Assembly: GCA_051362555.1 (NCBI GenBank)
Contig: CM120642.1
Span: forward strand, 21,824,001-21,888,000
Length of the DNA: 64,000 nt
Source of the DNA: Lingula anatina
Lineage: Eukaryota; Animalia; Brachiopoda
Direction of reading: 5' to 3'
Positions within the stretch are counted from its first letter, which is position 1; each line of letters opens with the position of its first letter. The position numbers and the translations under genes are program-made. A model generated the notes under the pieces. It was given only the letters and a program-made list of their open reading frames with translations. It had not been told where the DNA came from and searched no databases. This document shows positions 30,100 through 48,000 of this stretch, piece by piece.

Positions 30100-33000
30100 G
30101 ATCAGAATTTTATGCAGCCACAAACAGTAACAACAGAAACATACACAGTGATCAAAATAGATATTAAATGAAAAAGAGATAACAGTAACATGCACAGTAA
30201 TGAGAATGAACACAAGGGAAAAAAGTGTAAACAAGGCGATACACAGTCATCACAATATATACAAACACATTCAGTAGCAATACAGAAAAGACACAGCAAA
30301 CAGAATATAAACAGACACATAGACATAACATTGACAGCATAATAATTCAGCACAGTAGTAATGATTACAAATAAATAAATTGACAACACAAACATGCACA
30401 GTAATCAAAATAAATACAAACAAACACAGTCACAATACAGACATACACTGTGATCAGAATAAGTAAACATGTACAGTGACAACAGAACCATGTAAAGTAA
30501 CCAGAATTAGCACAAATTAATCTAGTGATTACACAGTCATACACAGTGATCAATGATAGAGTGAAAAGAAACACATACAATGTGATCACAATATATTTAC
30601 AAACACAGACAATGACAAAACAGAATGGAAACAGCAATGGGAATATAAACAGACACATAAACTATGCTTACAGAAACAACACCAACATGCACATTTATAA
30701 TAATGATTTGTCATCAAAATATATACAAACACATTCAGAAACAATAGTGAATAGACACAGCAAACAATTTATATAAACAGACACATAGTCATACATTGAC
30801 AACACCATCATTCAGCGCAATAGTAATGTGACAAAACTGGCAAACACATTGTTCACAATAAATACAAACACCAACAGTAATGACATAAACATGAACAGTA
30901 ATGTTAATAAATACAAACAAACACAGTCACAATACAGACATACACAGTGATCAAAATAAGTTGACATGTACAGTGATGACACAACCATGTAAAGTACACA
31001 GTGATCAGAATATGTGAAGACACAAACAGTAACAACACAAACATACACAGTGATCAAAATGAATATAAACATGTACATTGATAATAGTAATGTGCACTGT
31101 GATTAGAATAAACACAAGGAAAAAGTAAAACCATAGCCGTACACAGTCATCACAATATATATAGAAACACATTCAGTAACAATACATAATAGACACAGCA
31201 AACAAAATATAAACAGAAACATAGCCATACATTGACAACACAATAAATACAAACACAGACAGTGACAGCACTAACGTGGACAGGAATCAAAATAAATTTA
31301 AACAAATAGAGTGACAGAAATGACATACACAATGCTCACAATAAATACAAACACCAACAGTAATGACGCAAACATATACAGTGATCACAATGAATACAAA
31401 CACAAACAGTGACAACATATACATGCATGGTAATGATAATGTTTAAAAACATATAGGACAAACAGACATACACAGTGATCACAATACTTGCAAACACATA
31501 CAGTAACAATATAGAATTGACACAGCAAACAGAATATAAACAGACACATAGACATACAGTGACAATACCATGATAAACAAACAGAGTGAAAAAACTGACA
31601 TACACATTGCCAAGAGCCATATAAAGACACAAACAGTGACAACACTAAAATATCCAGTGATCACAATAAAAACAAACACCAACAGTAACGACACAAACAT
31701 ATACAGTAATCACAATAAATAGAAACACAAACAGTGACAAAACAAACATGCACAGCAATGATAATGATTACAAACAAATAGAAGGACAAACAGACTTACA
31801 CAGTGATCAGAATTATGTGCAGACACAAACAGTAACAACAGAAACATACACAATGATCAAAATAAATATTAAATGAAAAACTGATAACAGTAACATGCAC
31901 AGTAATGAGAATGAACACAAGGAAAATGTGTAAAAAAAGCGATTCACAGTCATCACAATATATACAAACACATTCAGAAACAATACAGAAAAGACACAGC
32001 AAACAGAATATAAACAGACACATAGACATAGCATTGACAGCATGATCATTCAGCACAGTAGTAATGATTACAAATAAATAAATTGACAACACAAACATGC
32101 ACAGTAATCAAAATAAATACAAACAAACACAGTCACAATACAGACATACACTGTGATCAGAATAAGTAAACATGTACAGTGACAACAGAACCATGTAAAG
32201 TAACCAGAATTAGCACAAATTAATCTAGTGATTACACAGTCATGCACAGTGATCAATGATAGAGTGAAAAGAAACACATACAATGTGATCACAATATATT
32301 TACAAACACAGACAATGACAAAACAGAATGGAAACAGCAATGGGAATATAAACAGACACATAAACTATGCTTACAGAAACAACACCAACATGCACATTTA
32401 TAATAATGATTTGTCATCAAAATATATACAAACACATTCAGAAACAATAGTGAATAGACACAGCAAACAATTTATATAAACAGACATAGTCATACATTGA
32501 CAACACCATCATTCAGCGCAATAGTAATGTGACAAAACTGGCAAACACATTGTTCACAATAAATACAAACACCAACAGTAATGACATAAACATGAACAGT
32601 AATGTTAATAAATACAAACAAACACAGTCACAATACAGACATACACAGTGATCAAAATAAGTTGACATGTACAGTGATGACACAACCATGTAAAGTACAC
32701 AGTGATCAGAATATGTGAAGACACAAACAGTAACAACACAAACATACACAGTGATCAAAATGAATATAAACATGTACATTGATAATAGTAATGTGCACTG
32801 TGATTAGAATAAACACAAGGAAAAAGTAAAACCATAGCCGTACACAGTCATCACAATATATATAGAAACACATTCAGTAACAATACATAATAGACACAGC
32901 AAACAAAATATAAACAGAAACATAGCCATACATTGACAACACAATAAATACAAACACAGACAGTGACAGCACTAACGTGGACAGGAATCAAAATAAATTT

Positions 33001-36000
33001 AAACAAATAGAGTGACAGAAATGACATACACAATGCTCACAATAAATACAAACACCAACAGTAATGACGCAAACATATGCAGTGATCACAATGAATACAA
33101 ACACAAACAGTGACAACATATACATGAATGGTAATGATAATGTTTAAAAACATATAGGACAAACAGACATACACAGTGATCACAATACTTGCAAACACAT
33201 ACAGTAACAATATAGAATTGACACAGCAAACAGAATATAAACAGACACATAGACATACAGTGACAATACCATGATAAACAAACAGAGTGAAAAAACTGAC
33301 ATACACATTGCCAAGAGCCATATAAAGACACAAACAGTGACAACACTAAAATATCCAGTGATCACAATAAAAACAAACACCAACAGTAACGACACAAACA
33401 TATACAGTAATCACAATAAATAGAAACACAAACAGTGACAAAACAAACATGCACAGCAATGATAATGATTACAAACAAATAGAAGGACAAACAGACTTAC
33501 ACAGTGATCAGAATTATGTGCAGACACAAACAGTAACAACAGAAACATACACAATGATCAAAATAAATATTAAATGAAAAACTGATAACAGTAACATGCA
33601 CAGTAATGAGAATGAACACAAGGAAAATGTGTAAACAAAGCGATTCACAGTCATCACAATATATACAAACACATTCAGTAACAATACAGAAAGATACAGC
33701 AAACAGAATATAAACAGACACATAGACATAACATTGACAGCATGATCATTCAGCACAGTAGTAATGATTATAAACAAATAAATTGACAAAACTGACATAC
33801 ACAGTGCTCAAAATAAATACAATCACAAACAGTGACAACACAAACATGCACAGTAATCAAAATAAATACAAAGAAACACAGTCACAATACAGTCATAAAA
33901 AGTGATCAGAATAAGTTGACATGTACATTGACAAAACAACCATGTTAAGTAACCACGTAACTGTTATGAAAAAGAGTGAAAACATAGCCGTACACAGTCA
34001 TCACTATATATACAATCACATTCAGTAGCAATATTGAATAGACACAGCAAACAGAATATAAACAGACACATAGTCACACATTGACAACACCATCATTCAG
34101 CGCAATAGTAATGTTTACAAACAAAGAGAGTGACAAAACTGACTTATGCATTGCTAACAATAAATACAAACACCAACAGTAATGACACAAACATGAACAG
34201 TAATGTAAATAAATACAAACAAACACAGTCACAATACAGACATACACAGTGATCAGAATAAATTTTGACATGTACAGTGACAACAAAACCATACATAGTG
34301 ACTAGAATGAAGAATAATTAATTAGGTGATAGCACAGTCATACACAGTGATCAGTGATGGAGTGAAAACACAGACATACACAGTGATCACAATATATATA
34401 CAAACACATACAATGACAATAGAGAATGGAAACAGCAATCGGAATATGAACAGACACATAAACTATGCTTACATCAACATCACCAACATGAACAGTTATA
34501 ATAATGATTTAAAACATATAGACAGAAAAAACTGACATAAACATTGCTCACAATAAATATAAACACAAACAGTAACAACACAAACATATACAGTGACCAC
34601 AATAAATAGAAAGACAAACAGTGTCAAAACAAACATGCACAGCAATGATAATGATTACAAACAAGTAGAAGGACAAACAGACCTACACAGTGCTGAGAAT
34701 TAAATGTAGACACAAACAGTAACAACACTAACATACACAGTGATCAAAATAAATATTAATATGTATATTGACAACAGTAACGTGCACCATAATGACAATG
34801 AACACAAGGGAAAAGAGTGAAAACATAGTTGTACACATTCATCACAATATGTACAAACACATTCAGTAACAATATAGAATAGACACAAAAAACAGAATAT
34901 AAACAGAAACATAAACATACATTGAAAACTCCGTCATTCAGCGCAATAGTAATGATTACGAACAAATCGAGTGACAAAACTGACCTATAAAGTGCTCACA
35001 ATAAATACAAGCACCAACAGTAATGATGCAAACATATACAGTGATCACAATGAATACAAACTTAAACATTGACAATATATACATGCACAGAAATCAAAAT
35101 GAATACAAACAAATAGAGTGACAGAAATGCACAGTGCTCACAATAAATACAAAAACGAACAGTAACGACACAAACATATACAGTGATCACAACAAATAGA
35201 AACACAAGCAATGACAAAACAAACATGCACAGCAATGATAATGACTACAAACAAATAGATGGGAAAACAGACTTACACAGTGATCAGAATTTTATGCAGC
35301 CACAAACAGTAACAACAGAAACATACACAGTGATCAAAATAGATATTAAATGAAAAAGAGATAACAGTAACATGCACAGTAATGAGAATGAACACAAGGG
35401 AAAAAAGTGTAAACAAGGCGATACACAGTCATCACAATATATACAAACACATTCAGTAGCAATACAGAAAAGACACAGCAAACAGAATATAAACAGACAC
35501 ATAGACATAACATTGACAGCATAATCATTCAGCACAGTAGTAATGATTACAAATAAATAAATTGACAACACAAACATGCACAGTAATCAAAATAAATACA
35601 AACAAACACAGTCACAATACAGACATACACTGTGATCAGAATAAGTAAACATGTACAGTGACAACAGAACCATGTAAAGTAACCAGAATTAGCACAAATT
35701 AATCTAGTGATTACACAGTCATACACAGTGATCAATGATAGAGTGAAAAGAAACACATACAATGTGATCACAATATATTTACAAACACAGACAATGACAA
35801 AACAGAATGGAAACAGCAATGGGAATATAAACAGACACATAAACTATGCTTACAGAAACAACACCAACATGCACATTTATAATAATGATTTGTCATCAAA
35901 ATATATACAAACACATTCAGAAACAATAGTGAATAGACACAGCAAACAATTTATATAAACAGACACATAGTCATACATTGACAACACCATCATTCAGCGC

Positions 36001-39000
36001 AATAGTAATGTGACAAAACTGGCAAACACATTGTTCACAATAAATACAAACACCAACAGTAATGACATAAACATGAACAGTAATGTTAATAAATACAAAC
36101 AAACACAGTCACAATACAGACATACACAGTGATCAAAATAAGTTGACATGTACAGTGATGACACAACCATGTAAAGTACACAGTGATCAGAATATGTGAA
36201 GACACAAACAGTAACAACACAAACATACACAGTGATCAAAATGAATATAAACATGTACATTGATAATAGTAATGTGCACTGTGATTAGAATAAACACAAG
36301 GAAAAAGTAAAACCATAGCCGTACACAGTCATCACAATATATATAGAAACACATTCAGTAACAATACATAATAGACACAGCAAACAAAATATAAACAGAA
36401 ACATAGCCATACATTGACAACACAATAAATACAAACACAGACAGTGACAGCACTAACGTGGACAGGAATCAAAATAAATTTAAACAAATAGAGTGACAGA
36501 AATGACATACACAATGCTCACAATAAATACAAACACCAACAGTAATGACGCAAACATATACAGTGATCACAATGAATACAAACACAAACAGTGACAACAT
36601 ATACATGCATGGTAATGATAATGTTTAAAAACATATAGGACAAACAGACATACACAGTGATCACAATACTTGCAAACACATACAGTAACAATATAGAATT
36701 GACACAGCAAACAGAATATAAACAGACACATAGACATACAGTGACAATACCATGATAAACAAACAGAGTGAAAAAACTGACATACACATTGCCAAGAGCC
36801 ATATAAAGACACAAACAGTGACAACACTAAAATATCCAGTGATCACAATAAAAACAAACACCAACAGTAACGACACAAACATATACAGTAATCACAATAA
36901 ATAGAAACACAAACAGTGACAAAACAAACATGCACAGCAATGATAATGATTACAAACAAATAGAAGGACAAACAGACTTACACAGTGATCAGAATTATGT
37001 GCAGACACAAACAGTAACAACAGAAACATACACAATGATCAAAATAAATATTAAATGAAAAACTGATAACAGTAACATGCACAGTAATGAGAATGAACAC
37101 AAGGAAAATGTGTAAAAAAAGCGATTCACAGTCATCACAATATATACAAACACATTCAGAAACAATACAGAAAAGACACAGCAAACAGAATATAAACAGA
37201 CACATAGACATAGCATTGACAGCATGATCATTCAGCACAGTAGTAATGATTACAAATAAATAAATTGACAACACAAACATGCACAGTAATCAAAATAAAT
37301 ACAAACAAACACAGTCACAATACAGACATACACTGTGATCAGAATAAGTAAACATGTACAGTGACAACAGAACCATGTAAAGTAACCAGAATTAGCACAA
37401 ATTAATCTAGTGATTACACAGTCATACACAGTGATCAATGATAGAGTGAAAAGAAACACATACAATGTGATCACAATATATTTACAAACACAGACAATGA
37501 CAAAACAGAATGGAAACAGCAATGGGAATATAAACAGACACATAAACTATGCTTACAGAAACAACACCAACATGCACATTTATAATAATGATTTGTCATC
37601 AAAATATATACAAACACATTCAGAAACAATAGTGAATAGACACAGCAAACAATTTATATAAACAGACATAGTCATACATTGACAACACCATCATTCAGCG
37701 CAATAGTAATGTGACAAAACTGGCAAACACATTGTTCACAATAAATACAAACACCAACAGTAATGACATAAACATGAACAGTAATGTTAATAAATACAAA
37801 CAAACACAGTCACAATACAGACATACACAGTGATCAAAATAAGTTGACATGTACAGTGATGACACAACCATGTAAAGTACACAGTGATCAGAATATGTGA
37901 AGACACGAACAGTAACAACACAAACATACACAGTGATCAAAATGAATATAAACATGTACATTGATAATAGTAATGTGCACTGTGATTAGAATAAACACAA
38001 GGAAAAAGTAAAACCATAGCCGTACACAGTCATCACAATATATATAGAAACACATTCAGTAACAATACATAATAGACACAGCAAACAAAATATAAACAGA
38101 AACATAGCCATACATTGACAACACAATAAATACAAACACAGACAGTGACAGCACTAACGTGGACAGGAATCAAAATAAATTTAAACAAATAGAGTGACAG
38201 AAATGACATACACAATGCTCACAATAAATACAAACACCAACAGTAATGACGCAAACATATGCAGTGATCACAATGAATACAAACACAAACAGTGACAACA
38301 TATACATGAATGGTAATGATAATGTTTAAAAACATATAGGACAAACAGACATACACAGTGATCACAATACTTGCAAACACATACAGTAACAATATAGAAT
38401 TGACACAGCAAACAGAATATAAACAGACACATAGACATACAGTGACAATACCATGATAAACAAACAGAGTGAAAAAACTGACATACACATTGCCAAGAGC
38501 CATATAAAGACACAAACAGTGACAACACTAAAATATCCAGTGATCACAATAAAAACAAACACCAACAGTAACGACACAAACATATACAGTAATCACAATA
38601 AATAGAAACACAAACAGTGACAAAACAAACATGCACAGCAATGATAATGATTACAAACAAATAGAAGGACAAACAGACTTACACAGTGATCAGAATTATG
38701 TGCAGACACAAACAGTAACAACAGAAACATACACAATGATCAAAATAAATATTAAATGAAAAACTGATAACAGTAACATGCACAGTAATGAGAATGAACA
38801 CAAGGAAAATGTGTAAACAAAGCGATTCACAGTCATCACAATATATACAAACACATTCAGTAACAATACAGAAAGATACAGCAAACAGAATATAAACAGA
38901 CACATAGACATAACATTGACAGCATGATCATTCAGCACAGTAGTAATGATTATAAACAAATAAATTGACAAAACTGACATACACAGTGCTCAAAATAAAT

Positions 39001-42000
39001 ACAATCACAAACAGTGACAACACAAACATGCACAGTAATCAAAATAAATACAAAGAAACACAGTCACAATACAGTCATAAAAAGTGATCAGAATAAGTTG
39101 ACATGTACATTGACAAAACAACCATGTTAAGTAACCACGTAACTGTTATGAAAAAGAGTGAAAACATAGCCGTACACAGTCATCACTATATATACAATCA
39201 CATTCAGTAGCAATATTGAATAGACACAGCAAACAGAATATAAACAGACACATAGTCACACATTGACAACACCATCATTCAGCGCAATAGTAATGTTTAC
39301 AAACAAAGAGAGTGACAAAACTGACTTATGCATTGCTAACAATAAATACAAACACCAACAGTAATGACACAAACATGAACAGTAATGTAAATAAATACAA
39401 ACAAACACAGTCACAATACAGACATACACAGTGATCAGAATAAATTTTGACATGTACAGTGACAACAAAACCATACATAGTGACTAGAATGAAGAATAAT
39501 TAATTAGGTGATAGCACAGTCATACACAGTGATCAGTGATGGAGTGAAAACACAGACATACACAGTGATCACAATATATATAAAAACACATACAATGACA
39601 ATAGAGAATGGAAACAGCAATCGGAATATGAACAGACACATAAACTATGCTTACATCAACATCACCAACATGAACAGTTATAATAATGATTTAAAACATA
39701 TAGACAGAAAAAACTGACATAAACATTGCTCACAATAAATATAAACACAAACAGTAACAACACAAACATATACAGTGACCACAATAAATAGAAAGACAAA
39801 CAGTGTCAAAACAAACATGCACAGCAATGATAATGATTACAAACAAGTAGAAGGACAAACAGACCTACACAGTGCTGAGAATTAAATGTAGACACAAACA
39901 GTAACAACACTAACATACACAGTGATCAAAATAAATATTAATATGTATATTGACAACAGTAACGTGCACCATAATGACAATGAACACAAGGGAAAAGAGT
40001 GAAAACATAGTTGTACACATTCATCACAATATGTACAAACACATTCAGTAACAATATAGAATAGACACAAAAAACAGAATATAAACAGAAACATAAACAT
40101 ACATTGAAAACTCCGTCATTCAGCGCAATAGTAATGATTACGAACAAATCGAGTGACAAAACTGACCTATAAAGTGCTCACAATAAATACAAGCACCAAC
40201 AGTAATGATGCAAACATATACAGTGATCACAATGAATACAAACTTAAACATTGACAATATATACATGCACAGAAATCAAAATGAATACAAACAAATAGAG
40301 TGACAGAAATGCACAGTGCTCACAATAAATACAAAAACGAACAGTAACGACACAAACATATACAGTGATCACAACAAATAGAAACACAAGCAATGACAAA
40401 ACAAACATGCACAGCAATGATAATGACTACAAACAAATAGATGGGAAAACAGACTTACACAGTGATCAGAATTTTATGCAGCCACAAACAGTAACAACAG
40501 AAACATACACAGTGATCAAAATAGATATTAAATGAAAAAGAGATAACAGTAACATGCACAGTAATGAGAATGAACACAAGGGAAAAAAGTGTAAACAAGG
40601 CGATACACAGTCATCACAATATATACAAACACATTCAGTAGCAATACAGAAAAGACACAGCAAACAGAATATAAACAGACACATAGACATAGCATTGACA
40701 GCATGATCATTCAGCACAGTAGTAATGATTACAAATAAATAAATTGACAACACAAACATGCACAGTAATCAAAATAAATACAAACAAACACAGTCACAAT
40801 ACAGACATACACTGTGATCAGAATAAGTAAACATGTACAGTGACAACAGAACCATGTAAAGTAACCAGAATTAGCACAAGTTAATCTAGTGATTACACAG
40901 TCATACACAGTGATCAATGATAGAGTGAAAAGAAACACATACAATGTGATCACAATATATTTACAAACACAGACAATGACAAAACAGAATGGAAACAGCA
41001 ATGGGAATATAAACAGACACATAAACTATGCTTACAGAAACAACACCAACATGCACATTTATAATAATGATTTGTCATCAAAATATATACAAACACATTC
41101 AGAAACAATAGTGAATAAACACAGCAAACAATTTATATAAACAGACACATAGTCATACATTGACAACACCATCATTCAGCGCAATAGTAATGTGACAAAA
41201 CTGGCAAACACATTGTTCACAATAAATACAAACACCAACAGTAATGACATAAACATGAACAGTAATGTTAATAAATACAAACAAACACAGTCACAATACA
41301 GACATACACAGTGATCAAAATAAGTTGACATGTACAGTGATGACACAACCATGTAAAGTACACAGTGATCAGAATATGTGCAGACACAAACAGTAACAAC
41401 ACAAACATACACAGTGATCAAAATGAATATAAACATGTACATTGATAATAGTAATGTGCACTGTGATTAGAATAAACACAAGGAAAAAGTAAAACCATAG
41501 CCGTACACAGTCATCACAATATATATAGAAACACATTCAGTAACAATACATAATAGACACAGCAAACAAAATATAAACAGAAACATAGCCATACATTGAC
41601 AACACAATAAATACAAACACAGACAGTGACAGCACTAACGTGGACAGGAATCAAAATAAATTTAAACAAATAGAGTGACAGAAATGACATACACAATGCT
41701 CACAATAAATACAAACACCAACAGTAATGACGCAAACATATGCAGTGATCACAATGAATACAAACACAAACAGTGACAACATATACATGAATGGTAATGA
41801 TAATGTTTAAAAACATACAGGACAAACAGACATACACAGTGATCACAATACTTGCAAACACATACAGTAACAATATAGAATTGACACAGCAAACAGAATA
41901 TAAACAGACACATAGACATACAGTGACAATACCATGATAAACAAACAGAGTGAAAAAACTGACATACACATTGCCAAGAGCCATATAAAGACACAAACAG

Positions 42001-45000
42001 TGACAACACTAAAATATCCAGTGATCACAATAAAAACAAACACCAACAGTAACGACACAAACATATACAGTAATCACAATAAATAGAAACACAAACAGTG
42101 ACAAAACAAACATGCACAGCAATGATAATGATTACAAACAAATAGAAGGACAAACAGACTTACACAGTGATCAGAATTATGTGCAGACACAAACAGTAAC
42201 AACAGAAACATACACAATGATCAAAATAAATATTAAATGAAAAACTGATAACAGTAACATGCACAGTAATGAGAATGAACACAAGGAAAATGTGTAAAAA
42301 AAGCGATTCACAGTCATCACAATATATACAAACACATTCAGAAACAATACAGAAAAGACACAGCAAACAGAATATAAACAGACACATAGACATAGCATTG
42401 ACAGCATGATCATTCAGCACAGTAGTAATGATTATAAATAAATAAATTGACAACACAAACATGCACAGTAATCAAAATAAATACAAACAAACACAGTCAC
42501 AATACAGACATACACTGTGATCAGAATAAGTAAACATGTACAGTGACAACAGAACCATGTAAAGTAACCAGAATTAGCACAAATTAATCTAGTGATTACA
42601 CAGTCATACACAGTGATCAATGATAGAGTGAAAAGAAACACATACAATGTGATCACAATATATTTACAAACACAGACAATGACAAAACAGAATGGAAACA
42701 GCAATGGGAATATAAACAGACACATAAACTATGCTTACAGAAACAACACCAACATGCACATTTATAATAATGATTTGTCATCAAAATATATACAAACACA
42801 TTCAGAAACAATACTGAATAGACACAGCAAACAATTTATATAAACAGACATAGTCATACATTGACAACACCATCATTCAGCGCAATAGTAATGTGAGAAA
42901 ACTGGCAAACACATTGTTCACAATAAATACAAACACCAACAGTAATGACATAAACATGAACAGTAATGTTAATAAATACAAACAAACACAGTCACAATAC
43001 AGACATACACAGTGATCAAAATAAGTTGACATGTACAGTGATGACACAACCATGTAAAGTACACAGTGATCAGAATATGTGCAGACACAAACAGTAACAA
43101 CACAAACATACACAGTGATCAAAATGAATATAAACATGTACATTGATAATAGTAATGTGCACTGTGATTAGAATAAACACAAGGAAAAAGTAAAACCATA
43201 GCCGTACACAGTCATCACAATATATAGAAACACATTCAGTAACAATACATAATAGACACAGCAAACAAAATATAAACAGAAACATAGCCATACATTGACA
43301 ACACAATAAATACAAACACAGACAGTGACAGCACTAACGTGGACAGGAATCAAAATAAATTTAAACAAATAGAGTGACAGAAATGACATACACAATGCTC
43401 ACAATAAATACAAACACCAACAGTAATGACGCAAACATATGCAGTGATCACAATGAATACAAACACAAACAGTGACAACATATACATGAATGGTAATGAT
43501 AATGTTTAAAAACATATAGGACAAACAGACATACACAGTGATCACAATACTTGCAAACACATACAGTAACAATATAGAATTGACACAGCAAACAGAATAT
43601 AAACAGACACATAGACATACAGTGACAATACCATGATAAACAAACAGAGTGAAAAAACTGACATACACATTGCCAAGAGCCATATAAAGACACAAACAGT
43701 GACAACACTAAAATATCCAGTGATCACAATAAAAACAAACACCAACAGTAACGACACAAACATATACAGTAATCACAATAAATAGAAACACAAACAGTGA
43801 CAAAACAAACATGCACAGCAATGATAATGATTACAAACAAATAGAAGGACAAACAGACTTACACAGTGATCAGAATTATGTGCAGACACAAACAGTAACA
43901 ACAGAAACATACACAATGATCAAAATAAATATTAAATGAAAAACTGATAACAGTAACATGCACAGTAATGAGAATGAACACAAGGAAAATGTGTAAACAA
44001 AGCGATTCACAGTCATCACAATATATACAAACACATTCAGTAACAATACAGAAAGATACAGCAAACAGAATATAAACAGACACATAGACATAACATTGAC
44101 AGCATGATCATTCAGCACAGTAGTAATGATTATAAACAAATAAATTGACAAAACTGACATACACAGTGCTCAAAATAAATACAATCACAAACAGTGACAA
44201 CACAAACATGCACAGTAATCAAAATAAATACAAAGAAACACAGTCACAATACAGTCATAAAAAGTGATCAGAATAAGTTGACATGTACATTGACAAAACA
44301 ACCATGTTAAGTAACCACGTAACTGTTATGAAAAAGAGTGAAAACATAGCCGTACACAGTCATCACTATATATACAATCACATTCAGTAGCAATATTGAA
44401 TAAACACAGCAAACAGAATATAAACAGACACATAGTCACACATTGACAACACCATCATTCAGCGCAATAGTAATGTTTACAAACAAAGAGTGACAAAACT
44501 GACTTATGCATTGCTAACAATAAATACAAACACCAACAGTAATGACACAAACATGAACAGTAATGTAAATAAATACAAACAAACACAGTCACAATACAGA
44601 CATACACAGTGATCAGAATAAATTTTGACATGTACAGTGACAACAAAACCATGCATAGTGACTAGAATGAAGAATAATTAATTAGGTGATAGCACAGTCA
44701 TACACAGTGATCAGTGATGGAGTGAAAACACAGACATACACAGTGATCACAATATATATACAAACACATACAATGACAATAGAGAATGGAAACAGCAATC
44801 GGAATATGAACAGACACATAAACTATGCTTACATCAACATCACCAACATGAACAGTTATAATAATGATTTAAAACATATAGACAGAAAAAACTGACATAA
44901 ACATTGCTCACAATAAATATAAACACAAACAGTAACAACACAAACATATACAGTGACCACAATAAATAGAAAGACAAACAGTGTCAAAACAAACATGCAC

Positions 45001-48000
45001 AGCAATGATAATGATTACAAACAAGTAGAAGGACAAACAGACCTACACAGTGCTGAGAATTAAATGTAGACACAAACAGTAACAACACTAACATACACAG
45101 TGATCAAAATAAATATTAATATGTATATTGACAACAGTAACGTGCACCATAATGACAATGAACACAAGGGAAAAGAGTGAAAACATAGTTGTACACATTC
45201 ATCACAATATGTACAAACACATTCAGTAACAATATAGAATAGACACAAAAAACAGAATATAAACAGAAACATAAACATACATTGAAAACTCCGTCATTCA
45301 GCGCAATAGTAATGATTACGAACAAATCGAGTGACAAAACTGACCTATAAAGTGCTCACAATAAATACAAGCACCAACAGTAATGATGCAAACATATACA
45401 GTGATCACAATGAATACAAACTTAAACATTGACAATATATACATGCACAGAAATCAAAATGAATACAAACAAATAGAGTGACAGAAATGCACAGTGCTCA
45501 CAATAAATACAAAAACGAACAGTAACGACACAAACATATACAGTGATCACAACAAATAGAAACACAAGCAATGACAAAACAAACATGCACAGCAATGATA
45601 ATGACTACAAACAAATAGATGGGAAAACAGACTTACACAGTGATCAGAATTTTATGCAGCCACAAACAGTAACAACAGAAACATACACAGTGATCAAAAT
45701 AGATATTAAATGAAAAAGAGATAACAGTAACATGCACAGTAATGAGAATGAACACAAGGGAAAAAAGTGTAAACAAGGCGATACACAGTCATCACAATAT
45801 ATACAAACACATTCAGTAGCAATACAGAAAAGACACAGCAAACAGAATATAAACAGACACATAGACATAGCATTGACAGCATGATCATTCAGCACAGTAG
45901 TAATGATTACAAATAAATAAATTGACAACACAAACATGCACAGTAATCAAAATAAATACAAACAAACACAGTCACAATACAGACATACACTGTGATCAGA
46001 ATAAGTAAACATGTACAGTGACAACAGAACCATGTAAAGTAACCAGAATTAGCACAAGTTAATCTAGTGATTACACAGTCATACACAGTGATCAATGATA
46101 GAGTGAAAAGAAACACATACAATGTGATCACAATATATTTACAAACACAGACAATGACAAAACAGAATGGAAACAGCAATGGGAATATAAACAGACACAT
46201 AAACTATGCTTACAGAAACAACACCAACATGCACATTTATAATAATGATTTGTCATCAAAATATATACAAACACATTCAGAAACAATAGTGAATAGACAC
46301 AGCAAACAATTTATATAAACAGACACATAGTCATACATTGACAACACCATCATTCAGCGCAATAGTAATGTGACAAAACTGGCAAACACATTGTTCACAA
46401 TGAATACAAACACCAACAGTAATGACATAAACATGAACAGTAATGTTAATAAATACAAACAAACACAGTCACAATACAGACATACACAGTGATCAAAATA
46501 AGTTGACATGTACAGTGATGACACAACCATGTAAAGTACACAGTGATCAGAATATGTGCAGACACAAACAGTAACAACACAAACATACACAGTGATCAAA
46601 ATGAATATAAACATGTACATTGATAATAGTAATGTGCACTGTGATTAGAATAAACACAAGGAAAAAGTAAAACCATAGCCGTACACAGTCATCACAATAT
46701 ATATAGAAACACATTCAGTAACAATACATAATAGACACAGCAAACAAAATATAAACAGAAACATAGCCATACATTGACAACACAATAAATACAAACACAG
46801 ACAGTGACAGCACTAACGTGGACAGGAATCAAAATAAATTTAAACAAATAGAGTGACAGAAATGACATACACAATGCTCACAATAAATACAAACACCAAC
46901 AGTAATGACGCAAACATATGCAGTGATCACAATGAATACAAACACAAACAGTGACAACATATACATGAATGGTAATGATAATGTTTAAAAACATACAGGA
47001 CAAACAGACATACACAGTGATCACAATACTTGCAAACACATACAGTAACAATATAGAATTGACACAGCAAACAGAATATAAACAGACACATAGACATACA
47101 GTGACAATACCATGATAAACAAACAGAGTGAAAAAACTGACATACACATTGCCAAGAGCCATATAAAGACACAAACAGTGACAACACTAAAATATCCAGT
47201 GATCACAATAAAAACAAACACCAACAGTAACGACACAAACATATACAGTAATCACAATAAATAGAAACACAAACAGTGACAAAACAAACATGCACAGCAA
47301 TGATAATGATTACAAACAAATAGAAGGACAAACAGACTTACACAGTGATCAGAATTATGTGCAGACACAAACAGTAACAACAGAAACATACACAATGATC
47401 AAAATAAATATTAAATGAAAAACTGATAACAGTAACATGCACAGTAATGAGAATGAACACAAGGAAAATGTGTAAAAAAAGCGATTCACAGTCATCACAA
47501 TATATACAAACACATTCAGAAACAATACAGAAAAGACACAGCAAACAGAATATAAACAGACACATAGACATAGCATTGACAGCATGATCATTCAGCACAG
47601 TAGTAATGATTATAAATAAATAAATTGACAACACAAACATGCACAGTAATCAAAATAAATACAAACAAACACAGTCACAATACAGACATACACTGTGATC
47701 AGAATAAGTAAACATGTACAGTGACAACAGAACCATGTAAAGTAACCAGAATTAGCACAAATTAATCTAGTGATTACACAGTCATACACAGTGATCAATG
47801 ATAGAGTGAAAAGAAACACATACAATGTGATCACAATATATTTACAAACACAGACAATGACAAAACAGAATGGAAACAGCAATGGGAATATAAACAGACA
47901 CATAAACTATGCTTACAGAAACAACACCAACATGCACATTTATAATAATGATTTGTCATCAAAATATATACAAACACATTCAGAAACAATACTGAATAGA

